The notes under the pieces are model-generated. The model did not search any database. It worked only from the letters and a program-made list of their open reading frames with translations, and was not told the origin of the DNA. 64,000 nucleotides of DNA from Arenicellales bacterium. GTDB taxonomy: Bacteria; Pseudomonadota; Gammaproteobacteria; Arenicellales; JAJDZL01. Position numbers and translations under genes: made by a program. Where the stretch lies: NCBI GenBank assembly GCA_965262855.1, contig OZ253563.1, positions 1,911,015 to 1,975,014 of the forward strand, read 5' to 3'. Positions 9,621 through 18,593 of this stretch are shown one piece after another. How positions within the stretch are numbered: the first letter of the stretch is position 1; the number at the start of each line of letters is the position of its first letter.

Positions 9621-9639
9621 CCTCGACCAATTAAATTTG
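9608..9639 (+). repeat. 32-nt IS-end-like repeat, copy 2
   Basis: 30/32 identical to 3748-3779; contains the stop codon of the IS50-like transposase remnant. Confidence 0.6.
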
Positions 9640-9939
9640 AAACAAGTTGTAAAAGTTAAGCAGCGAAGTTATCAGCCTTCCAAAGCTGAGTTAACAGAAA
9701 TGATAAGTATTTCAACTACTCCGGAACGATTAGCCAAAGCAGCTGTGAGTGAGGTGATGGATTAAGAAGTTGTGACTTTTGTAAATTATTCCCCAAATTT
9801 GGGTAGATTTAGACAACGCGTCATACGCTCGGATCACTCATGAAGACAGGCCTGCCGACTAGTCAAGCCCGATCTATCTCTTTAATTGAACTGACTGCTC
9901 GCTCAGCGGAAATTCCGTAGCCAAATTCTGTTATCTCCA

Positions 9940-11796
9940 TCAAATACCAGGTTGACCACCGTCCAACGTATTGCCAAGTGAACTGGATTCGTGGTCGGCA
10001 ATCACCTTGATGAAAGCATCAGCATAAAGCGAGACTTTTTTCTCTCCCATTCCATACAGATTTCGCATTTGACTGTGCGTCCGAGGGCGAAACTGCATCA
10101 CTTCCCTCAAAGTCCGGTCGTGACAAATGACATAGGCTGGCACGCCGGAATCTTGAGCAAGGCTCAGCCGACAATTCCGCAAAGCTTCCCACAATAGTAA
10201 ATGCCCTGGGGTCATTGATACTTCATCGGATGATTTCACGGCTGCCCGTTCCCGTTTATGTTTTCGCTTTGAATCAAATCGAAGTTGCAACGGAACTTCT
10301 CCCCGCAACACCGGCCAAGCCTCCGGTGTCAATTTGATCACCTGATGATTTTCAAAATCCGTTTTCATAAAACCACGCACGAGCAATTGTCGTGCAACCG
10401 AACGCCACTCATCGACTTTCAAGTCTTCGCCAATACCAAATGTGCTCAAATCCTGATGACCATGCTGATTCACCTTTGCTGTTTTGTGACCGCGCAGAAC
10501 ATCAATAATGTGAGTTACACCGAATCGCTCACCAACCCGGTATACGCAAGACAGCAATTTTCTAGCATCTTCAGTCGCGTTCCTGGTTTGCGGCGGAGCA
10601 AGGCAGTTGTCACAGTTTCCGCATCCTGAATCTGAATTATCGCCAAAGTAATTCAGCAGCCCCTCCCGGCGACAAGTTGCCAGCTCGCACCAGGCAAGCA
10701 GGGAATAAATCTTGTCTCTCTGTATTTTTTTGTGAAGCTCGTCGCCATCTGACTGAGCCACCATATTGAGCCGAAGATAAATGTCTTGCAATCCATACGT
10801 CATGAATGCCTCTGCGGGATCGCCATCCCGTCCTGCTCGGCCAGTTTCCTGATAGTAGCCTTCAATGCTCTGTGGCAAATTAACATGTGCGATAAATCTA
10901 ACATCCGGCTTATCAATGCCCATGCCAAATGCAATTGTTGCGACCATGACAACGCTATCATCACGTAAAAACCGCGCTTGATTTTCCGCACGCGTGTAGG
11001 AATCCATGCCAGCGTGATACGGCAGAGCATCGTAACCAAGGTCACAGAGGGTTTGCGCCATATCCTCTGCTCCTCTTCTCGACAAGCAATAGACGATTCC
11101 GCTTTCACCGCGGCGTGCATCAAGGAAGTCTATCAGTTGCGTATTGCCACTGCCCTTTACCTCGACGCTGTAACGAATGTTCGGCCGGTCGAATCCATGA
11201 ACGAATTTCGCAACATTACGCAATTCAAGTCGGTCTATGATTTCATTGCGAGTGCGCTCAGTAGCCGTAGCAGTCAGAGCCATTCGAGGTACATTGGGAA
11301 AATACTCTGCTAGAGCTTTGAGTTCGAAATACTCTTTGCGAAAGTCATGTCCCCACTGCGATACACAATGCGCCTCGTCGATCGCAAACATACTGATTTC
11401 TAACTTCTGAAATTGCTGAAACGTGGCTGGCTCCATCAATCTCTCCGGTGCGATGTACAGCAGATCAAGCCTTCCGCTGCTTAATTCATCTAGTACCTTC
11501 CTTTGAAAACGAGGCGCAAGCGTCGAGTTCAAGAAAGCCGCCGATACTCCCAATTGTGATAGCGCCGAGACCTGATCCTGCATGAGTGCGATCAACGGCG
11601 ATACAACAACACAGACTCCCTGTTTAACCAAAGCTGGTATTTGATAGCACAACGATTTACCACTGCCCGTCGGCATGATAACCAGCGAATCCCTACCCTC
11701 AAGAGTTGATATGATGATTTCTTCCTGACCCGGTCGAAACCCATCAAATCCATAGATTTTTTGTAGCAGTTGCCGGCAATTTTCAATGGAATTCAT
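9940..11796 (-). CDS. recQ: ATP-dependent DNA helicase RecQ
   Basis: 618 aa; MPTGSGKSLCYQIPAL (motif I), DEAHCVSQWGHDFR (DEAH), Zn-binding CGNCDNC, C-terminal HRDC-like region. Confidence 0.95.
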   Translation of the reverse strand: MNSIENCRQLLQKIYGFDGFRPGQEEIIISTLEGRDSLVIMPTGSGKSLCYQIPALVKQGVCVVVSPLIALMQDQVSALSQLGVSAAFLNSTLAPRFQRKVLDELSSGRLDLLYIAPERLMEPATFQQFQKLEISMFAIDEAHCVSQWGHDFRKEYFELKALAEYFPNVPRMALTATATERTRNEIIDRLELRNVAKFVHGFDRPNIRYSVEVKGSGNTQLIDFLDARRGESGIVYCLSRRGAEDMAQTLCDLGYDALPYHAGMDSYTRAENQARFLRDDSVVMVATIAFGMGIDKPDVRFIAHVNLPQSIEGYYQETGRAGRDGDPAEAFMTYGLQDIYLRLNMVAQSDGDELHKKIQRDKIYSLLAWCELATCRREGLLNYFGDNSDSGCGNCDNCLAPPQTRNATEDARKLLSCVYRVGERFGVTHIIDVLRGHKTAKVNQHGHQDLSTFGIGEDLKVDEWRSVARQLLVRGFMKTDFENHQVIKLTPEAWPVLRGEVPLQLRFDSKRKHKRERAAVKSSDEVSMTPGHLLLWEALRNCRLSLAQDSGVPAYVICHDRTLREVMQFRPRTHSQMRNLYGMGEKKVSLYADAFIKVIADHESSSLGNTLDGGQPGI

Positions 11797-12141
11797 GGCT
11801 TTGTCTATCCTGAATTAACGAGAATTGAGAGACTGCTCTGTAGGTTGATTTACATACTACCAAAATAGTCTTCAAAATTTGCGAGCGATTCTTATCAGAT
11901 ATGCTTGCAATTGGGGATGAGAGACTGCCAAATCGACTAACTTTAACAAAACTCAATGGATTGCTTAGTTCTAGTTTTTGTGTTCTATAATCAAATTATG
12001 GCGGGTAGCCAAATTACGTGGATTCCTATCAAAATTCAACTTCAAAGTTTTTGAAATTCGATTCAAACCATGAATTTTGGCGTTATTGGCTTGCTGATAA
12101 AATTTCAACATATCTGAATCACAAATTCGTGAGGTAAACTA

Positions 12142-13167
12142 ATGAAAAGTATAAAGTATTTGTCACTTGTGCTGGCAGTACTCGGTCTGTCCTTTACGGG
12201 GATTAGTAGTGCAGGCACACTGGACGACGTAACGGCGAAAGGACATGTTCAGTGTGGTATTAACACTGGCTTGACCGGCTTTGCGTTCACTGACGATCAA
12301 GGCAACTGGCAAGGCTTCGACGTTGCATTGTGCCAAGGAGTTGCTGCTGCGGTTTTCGGGGATGCTTCAAATGTGAAGTACACCAATTTAACTGGTAAAA
12401 CACGTTTTGAAGCGCTAAAAGCGGGCGAAGTCGACATGCTCTCGCGCAACACGACCTGGACATATAGCCGAGATGTCGATCTTAAGCTCACGTTCCTGGG
12501 CGTGAACTACTACGACGGACAGGGATTTATTGTTCCTGCATCACTTGGAGTAAACAGTGCTACCGAACTCGAAGGTGCATCGGTTTGTATCCAGACCGGT
12601 ACGACAACCGAGCTCAATCTTGCGGATTTCTTCCGCGGTAACAATATGAACTATGAGCCCGTTCCAATCGAAACCAACGCTGAAGCAAGGCAGAATTACC
12701 TGGCTGGCCGATGCGATGTGTATACGACAGACCGCTCCGGATTGGCTGCCACACGTGCAAGTTTAGAAAATCCTGCAGATCATGTTGTGCTTCCAGAAAT
12801 CATCTCAAAAGAACCTTTGGGACCATTGGTTCGCCATGGAGATGACGAGTGGGGGGATGTCGTTCGATGGACCCTGAACGTTTTGATTATTGCTGAAGAA
12901 AAAGGCATAACCAAAGAAAACGTTCGTGCAATGGCTGCTGAAACGCAAAAAGATGCGGAAATGAACAGAATGTTCGGTACTGAAGGTGAGTACGGGGCCA
13001 TGCTGGGTCTAAGTGCTGACTGGGTTGTCAACGTAATCGCCGCAGTAGGCAATTACGGAGAGATATTTGAGCAGTATCTTGGTGTCAATACCGATATCGG
13101 ACTTGAACGCGGAGTGAACGCGCTTTGGACTGATGGAGGACTAATTTACGCGCCACCATATCGGTAG
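12142..13167 (+). CDS. aapJ: general L-amino acid ABC transporter substrate-binding protein
   Basis: 341 aa with signal peptide; AapJ/BztA-like sequence; first gene of a 4-gene ABC operon. Confidence 0.85.
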   Translation: MKSIKYLSLVLAVLGLSFTGISSAGTLDDVTAKGHVQCGINTGLTGFAFTDDQGNWQGFDVALCQGVAAAVFGDASNVKYTNLTGKTRFEALKAGEVDMLSRNTTWTYSRDVDLKLTFLGVNYYDGQGFIVPASLGVNSATELEGASVCIQTGTTTELNLADFFRGNNMNYEPVPIETNAEARQNYLAGRCDVYTTDRSGLAATRASLENPADHVVLPEIISKEPLGPLVRHGDDEWGDVVRWTLNVLIIAEEKGITKENVRAMAAETQKDAEMNRMFGTEGEYGAMLGLSADWVVNVIAAVGNYGEIFEQYLGVNTDIGLERGVNALWTDGGLIYAPPYR

Positions 13168-13180
13168 ATGTTTCTTGAAT

Positions 13181-13218
13181 ACGGCGTGTGTGTGCTATAC
13201 CCACACGCCGTTTTCTTC
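13181..13218 (+). terminator. intrinsic terminator/attenuator between the binding-protein and permease genes
   Basis: perfect 10-bp stem ACGGCGTGTG / CACACGCCGT, 11-nt loop, then TTTTCTTCTC. Confidence 0.6.
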
Positions 13219-13278
13219 TCTATCCGGAATATTCGCAATGCCGGTTTGACTGAGGGCTACTGCATTGATTGCTAGGAT

Positions 13279-14442
13279 TTGAGTGTGATTGGCGATCTTT
13301 GGACGGAAAAAAAGTCCAGACAAATAATCATCCAGATTATTGTCATTATCATTCTTCTTTCTTTAATCGGATTCTTCATCCGCAACACTCTCAACAACCT
13401 TGAACTGCTCGGCAGAGAAGCCGGTTACAGCTTTCTGTTTACGCCATCAAATTACGATATCAATCAGCATCTGATTGATTACAGTTCACGAAGTTCTCAT
13501 CTCAGAGCGACAGTAGTCGGTTTAATCAACACTGCGCTGGTTGCATTTTTTGGAATCATGCTTGCGGCTATCATCGGATTCGTAGTGGGGGTCGCTCGCT
13601 TATCGACGAATTTTCTGGTCAACCGTATCGCTTACATCTATATTGAATTCACCCGCAATGTGCCGGTACTGCTGTGGATTCTTCTGTGGCATGGAATAAT
13701 TGTTCACAGTCTGCCGCATCCAAAACAGGCGCTATCTTTGGCAGACAAGCTATTCCTATCCAATCGCGGATTTTATGTACCAAAACCACTGCTGGAACCT
13801 GCTTTTTGGATTGTAATCATTGCACTGACGGTTTCGGTAATCGGAGCTGTTATGTTTTCCCGATTTGCCCGCGCGAAACAGGAAAAGACAGGTCAACAAT
13901 ACCCGGTATACTGGATTAACTCAGCAGCCGTGGTACTGGTTCCGGTCATTATTTTTTTCATCAGTGGGTCGCCGGCTGAACTGGAATATTCGGTGTACGA
14001 AGGTTTTAATTTCAAAGGCGGATTGGTATTGACACCGGAATTCATCGCATTGACGTTTGCACTATCTATTTACACGGGTGCGTTCATTGCTGAAATTGTG
14101 CGAGCGGGAATTTTAGCAGTCAGCCACGGTCAGACTGAAGCAGCATATGCGGTGGGATTGAAACCGAATTGGACCATGCGACTGATTATTTTACCGCAGG
14201 CGCTGCGGGTGATTATTCCGCCTATGATTAGCCAGTTTTTGAATCTGACAAAGAACTCATCATTGGCAATCGCAGTCGGATACATGGATGTCGTCGCTAC
14301 TATTGGAGGCATATCCTTGAATCAGACGGGGCGAGCGCTGGAGTGCATGTCGATCGTACTGGCAATTTACCTTTGCATCTCACTGCTGATATCGGCATTT
14401 ATGAACTGGTACAACAAAAGAATTTCACTAGTCGAGCGCTAG
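13279..14442 (+). CDS. aapQ: amino acid ABC transporter permease
   Basis: 387-aa multi-TM ORF; His/Glu/Gln/Arg-type permease C-terminal half. Confidence 0.85.
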   Translation: MSVIGDLWTEKKSRQIIIQIIVIIILLSLIGFFIRNTLNNLELLGREAGYSFLFTPSNYDINQHLIDYSSRSSHLRATVVGLINTALVAFFGIMLAAIIGFVVGVARLSTNFLVNRIAYIYIEFTRNVPVLLWILLWHGIIVHSLPHPKQALSLADKLFLSNRGFYVPKPLLEPAFWIVIIALTVSVIGAVMFSRFARAKQEKTGQQYPVYWINSAAVVLVPVIIFFISGSPAELEYSVYEGFNFKGGLVLTPEFIALTFALSIYTGAFIAEIVRAGILAVSHGQTEAAYAVGLKPNWTMRLIILPQALRVIIPPMISQFLNLTKNSSLAIAVGYMDVVATIGGISLNQTGRALECMSIVLAIYLCISLLISAFMNWYNKRISLVER

Positions 14443-14446
14443 GCAA

Positions 14447-15562
14447 ATGGCACAAGAACAGTACACTCCAGGCACTCACGCTGATCTTCCGCCGCCGGTT
14501 ATGCAAGTCGGTGTTGCCGGTTGGTTGCGTAAAAATCTGTTTTCAAGCACAACGAACGTCATTCTGACAATATTGTCCATCGTTTTGTTGTACAAAATTG
14601 TTCCGCCCATAGTGAACTGGGTATTCCTTGACGCCGTGTTTACAGATGCGCAGCATCGAAACGAATGTCGAGCACTAGGCGATGGGGCTTGCTGGGTTAT
14701 TGTGGGCGCTCGCTTTGAGCAGTTCATGTACGGGTTCTATCCCGAACATCTTCGCTGGCGAGTGAATCTCACATTCGTGCTGATGTTCGTAGCGCTGGTT
14801 CCCGTTCTCTATGATCGGGTTCCGGGGCGAAAATACCTGCTGTGGTTTTCGCTAATTTATCCGATTCTTGCTTTCTTCATGCTATGGGGCGGACTGGGAT
14901 TTGAAGAAGTCGAATCTGGCAAGTTCGGAGGATTCTTGCTGACAGTCCTGATCGGAGTTACGGGTATTGTAATATCACTACCGCTAGGAATTGCCCTGTC
15001 GTTGGGACGTCATTCGTCAATGCCGATCATCAAACTTCTAAGTGTCTGGTACATTGAGTTTTTCCGCGGAGTGCCGTTAATTACGCTGTTATTCGTGGCG
15101 TCAACACTGCTCAATTTCTTTTTGCCGCCCGGGACGCATTTCGATCTGCTTCTTCGTGTCATCATCATGGTGATACTCTTTGCCGCAGCGTATATTGCCG
15201 AAGTTATTCGTGGTGGTTTGGCAGCCATACCGAATGGGCAATTTGAAGCGGCTGACGCTTTAGGTCTGAACTATGCGAAATCCATGCGCTTGATTGTACT
15301 GCCCCAAGCACTCAAGATTTCGATCCCGGGCATCGTCAACACATTTATCGGTTTATACAAGGATACAACGCTGGTAGTGATCGTTGGACTGCTTGACCCA
15401 CTCGGCATCAGTCGAGCAACGCTTGCCGATTCCAAATGGCAAGGGTTGTCCACCGAACTCTATTTATTCATCGCACTTGGATTTTTTATCTCCTGTTTCG
15501 CAATGTCGCGCTACTCGCTGTATCTTGAAAGAAAACTTGACACTGGATACAAGGACAATTAA
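14447..15562 (+). CDS. aapM: amino acid ABC transporter permease
   Basis: 371-aa multi-TM ORF, 4 nt after aapQ. Confidence 0.85.
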   Translation: MAQEQYTPGTHADLPPPVMQVGVAGWLRKNLFSSTTNVILTILSIVLLYKIVPPIVNWVFLDAVFTDAQHRNECRALGDGACWVIVGARFEQFMYGFYPEHLRWRVNLTFVLMFVALVPVLYDRVPGRKYLLWFSLIYPILAFFMLWGGLGFEEVESGKFGGFLLTVLIGVTGIVISLPLGIALSLGRHSSMPIIKLLSVWYIEFFRGVPLITLLFVASTLLNFFLPPGTHFDLLLRVIIMVILFAAAYIAEVIRGGLAAIPNGQFEAADALGLNYAKSMRLIVLPQALKISIPGIVNTFIGLYKDTTLVVIVGLLDPLGISRATLADSKWQGLSTELYLFIALGFFISCFAMSRYSLYLERKLDTGYKDN

Positions 15563-15574
15563 AGGAAAATTACA

Positions 15575-16363
15575 ATGGAAAATAAGGAAAACATGCAAGT
15601 CTCCGGATCCGAAGGAAATGGCAACAACCTAAATGCCATCGAAATAAAAGAGATGCACAAGTGGTTTGGTGATTTTCACGTATTGAAGAACATCAATCTG
15701 ACTGTAGCAAAAGGAGAGCGAATCGTCATCTGCGGTCCATCCGGGTCTGGAAAATCAACGCTGATTCGCTGCATCAATAGGCTGGAGGAACATCAGCGTG
15801 GCGATATTGTTGTCGACGGCATGACTCTGACCAACAACCTCAAAAATATTGCTGAAATCCGTCGGGAAGTCGGCATGGTTTTTCAACACTTCAACTTGTT
15901 TCCACACAAAACTGTTCTGGAAAATTGTACATTGGCTCCCATCTGGGTTCGAAAGCTGCCCAAGGAAGAAGCAGAAGCCGCTGCAATGAAATATCTGGAG
16001 CGAGTTCGAATTCCCGAACAGGCAGGAAAATATCCGGGTCAGCTGTCCGGCGGTCAGCAGCAGCGAGTTGCGATTGCCAGAAGTCTGTGCATGAACCCAA
16101 AGATCATGCTGTTTGACGAGCCGACATCAGCACTTGATCCAGAAATGATCAAGGAAGTGCTGGATGTCATGATCCAACTGGCGAAAAGTGGCATGACAAT
16201 GCTGGTCGTCACACACGAAATGGGATTTGCGAAGACCGTCGCCAACCGTGTGATTTTCATGGATGAAGGCGAAATCATTGAGCAGAATAATCCAGAGGAG
16301 TTCTTCATCAATCCGCAGAATGACAGAACCAAACTGTTCCTGAGCCAGATTCTCTCACATTGA
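15575..16363 (+). CDS. aapP: amino acid ABC transporter ATP-binding protein
   Basis: [35 protein letters not shown]. Confidence 0.9.
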   Translation: MENKENMQVSGSEGNGNNLNAIEIKEMHKWFGDFHVLKNINLTVAKGERIVICGPSGSGKSTLIRCINRLEEHQRGDIVVDGMTLTNNLKNIAEIRREVGMVFQHFNLFPHKTVLENCTLAPIWVRKLPKEEAEAAAMKYLERVRIPEQAGKYPGQLSGGQQQRVAIARSLCMNPKIMLFDEPTSALDPEMIKEVLDVMIQLAKSGMTMLVVTHEMGFAKTVANRVIFMDEGEIIEQNNPEEFFINPQNDRTKLFLSQILSH

Positions 16364-16427
16364 CGTAATTCTACTGAGGTCAAACGACTTTTGGCTGTTT
16401 ACCTGTAATTCTGTACAAATCTACGAA

Positions 16428-17795
16428 CTACGTGAACTGCGTCAAAGCATCGTCTATGCTTTCGACGATCCATTCAAGCTCTTCTCTCGTGACTACGAGT
16501 GGAGGGACAACCCAGATTCCAAATTTGTCGCTTGGCGTATAGATGCCGTGTTCTTCCAGCAGATACTGTGCAATTTTTGAAACCAGCGATTCCTCATATT
16601 TTTCTGTTGCTTTTCTGATTGGCTTACCCGACTGCGACGAAGCCAGGTGAATGGTATAGAACAACCCAACTCCTTGAATCTCAGAAATTATGGGATATCG
16701 AGCTAATAATGCTCGGAGTCGCCCATCTAGCCACTCCCCCTGTTCTTGTACGTGTTGAAGAAATCCATCGCTCTGTAGGACCTCAATTGCCGCTAACGCA
16801 GCAGCAGACCCCAGAGCGTGACCGGAAAAACTTTGGCCAATTCCAAAGATATTGTCATCGAATGACGCAGCAACCCGATTGGAAAAAACTGTTGCCGCTA
16901 GCGGGCAGTATGCACCCAGTGCTTTACCCATCACAAGAATGTCGGGCTCTATTCCATAATGCTCGCAGGCAAACATGCGGCCGGTGCGTCCCATGCCCGT
17001 CATGGTTTCGTCAACAATCAGAAGTAAATCCCATTTACGGCAGAGATCCTGTAATTTTTCCAGATAATCTGGAGGTGGCAATCGGACACCATTGCTACCA
17101 ACTATCGGTTCGATGAGAAATGCTGCCACTTTTCCGTTGCCGCCTTCTTGTTCAATCAAGTAGTCCAAATACTCAATATTCTGATCCACATCTTCTGCCT
17201 TGAAAGGAGAACTCGGCCCTCCAGCATCAGGACCGAAGATGAATCCCGGTGCAGTCGCGGGTTCTGCAAACCATCTTCTGGGATCACCGCTTGCAGAGAT
17301 GGCTGAAGCAGTGGAGCCGTGCCAAGATCGATATCGACAGATGATCTTGTACGGAAAAGGATATTGACGAGGTGCATCTGGAATATATCCATCATCCCCT
17401 AGTACCTGGTTATATTTGTACAGCCTTGCACCTCTTACCGCGGCTTCAATGGCAGTCGCTCCACTCTGACTGAAATAAACTTTCTTTTGCGGGTCGCCAG
17501 GAGTAATTTCGGCTAACCGTTGTGCTAATCTGGCCGTGGGAGAAGTAGCAAAGTCGTCTGTTACATAAATAACACTCTCCATTTGCTCTTTCATTGCCTG
17601 AACAACGGACGGGTGTCGAAATCCTAGATTGATGGATTCATGTGCACTTCGCAGATCGAAAATTTTCCGCCCGTCAGCAGTATAGATCCAGCAGCCATCG
17701 GTTGAAACGGCTCCAATTGGTTTGTAGTCACGTTGTGATGCCCAGCACTGCAGCATGTGCTTGGCCTGTAGCACCGAAATTTTCTGTTCTTTCAT
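16428..17795 (-). CDS. class III PLP-dependent aminotransferase (omega-amino acid/taurine:pyruvate-like)
   Basis: 455 aa; DETMTGMGRTG and a lysine-containing VMGKALG motif typical of class III aminotransferases. Confidence 0.8.
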   Translation of the reverse strand: MKEQKISVLQAKHMLQCWASQRDYKPIGAVSTDGCWIYTADGRKIFDLRSAHESINLGFRHPSVVQAMKEQMESVIYVTDDFATSPTARLAQRLAEITPGDPQKKVYFSQSGATAIEAAVRGARLYKYNQVLGDDGYIPDAPRQYPFPYKIICRYRSWHGSTASAISASGDPRRWFAEPATAPGFIFGPDAGGPSSPFKAEDVDQNIEYLDYLIEQEGGNGKVAAFLIEPIVGSNGVRLPPPDYLEKLQDLCRKWDLLLIVDETMTGMGRTGRMFACEHYGIEPDILVMGKALGAYCPLAATVFSNRVAASFDDNIFGIGQSFSGHALGSAAALAAIEVLQSDGFLQHVQEQGEWLDGRLRALLARYPIISEIQGVGLFYTIHLASSQSGKPIRKATEKYEESLVSKIAQYLLEEHGIYTPSDKFGIWVVPPLVVTREELEWIVESIDDALTQFT

Positions 17796-17987
17796 GTTTA
17801 GTACACAGTCGAATTTCTGTTTTCAAATAAGCAATGTCTTTGACAGCACTTGGGCAGCAAATTATGAGAAAATAAATTTTGTAACCATTCGCTGAAGCTG
17901 TGACAAAGGCGGCATTTTCCTTCAGACACGGGTTATGCTGATATTTTACCCCGACTGAATATACAGGGGGAGATTGGATTAGGCTGG

Positions 17988-18015
17988 CCGTATTGAACTT
18001 AAGAGTTCAATACGG
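17988..18015. repeat. 12-bp inverted repeat with 4-nt spacer (CCGTATTGAACT taag AGTTCAATACGG)
   Basis: read directly; spans the stop codon of the stand-alone DUF4338 ORF at an abrupt AT-rich/GC-rich boundary. Confidence 0.9.
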
Positions 18016-18580
18016 TTTTCCAGTTTCTGTGAAGCGGTTTGAGCCAGATATCTTTGATCGGCAGTGCATATTCGTTACGCACGTCGAGTTTGCCACGGCC
18101 TTGGGTTTGGCCGACCTGAATCCAATTGGCGGCTTGGTAGCAAGTTCCGGCGAAACGGGGGATTTCACAGAAGGTCTCAAACATGGCGGGAAGAATCGAG
18201 TAGCGTTGCAGCCAATCGTGCGGCAGGCGTTTTTCGCAGCATGCCAGAATATGGGAAGCCAGGTTGGGGATGCGAATCCATGGCAGGATCAAAAAGCGGG
18301 CGTTGTTGACGAGCAGATGCAGGTTGCGCTCGCGGCATTGTGCAGACCAGCCGATGAACTGATCGCGCGGTGCGGTCTTCCAGGCGGCGGCTCCAAAACC
18401 GAGCAGCGCCAGCGGTTCGTGGTTGGCGGAACGCACCAGATAACGCATCTGCGCACCGGGCAAAGGCTTGTAGCCGAGGTAGTGATAGCGCTCGATAAAC
18501 GAATTCCAGATTCGACTGCGGGGACCCGCTTTGATGATCTCAAAGTGCAACGGGCGCACTTGCCGCAGGTCTTGCGGCAA
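17999..18580 (-). CDS. stand-alone DUF4338 (DruA-like) domain protein
   Basis: 193 aa; ERYHYLGY, DQFIGW, NARFLILPW, NLASHIL, ETFCEIPRFAGTCYQAANW align block by block with the two transposase fusions. Confidence 0.75.
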   Translation of the reverse strand: MPQDLRQVRPLHFEIIKAGPRSRIWNSFIERYHYLGYKPLPGAQMRYLVRSANHEPLALLGFGAAAWKTAPRDQFIGWSAQCRERNLHLLVNNARFLILPWIRIPNLASHILACCEKRLPHDWLQRYSILPAMFETFCEIPRFAGTCYQAANWIQVGQTQGRGKLDVRNEYALPIKDIWLKPLHRNWKTVLNS

Positions 18581-18593
18581 TTCAATCTAGTCT
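18246..18593. repeat. 348-bp direct repeat, left copy (target duplication of the IS1634-family element)
   Basis: same sequence at 20590-20937 (constant offset 2344; translations identical). Confidence 0.9.
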
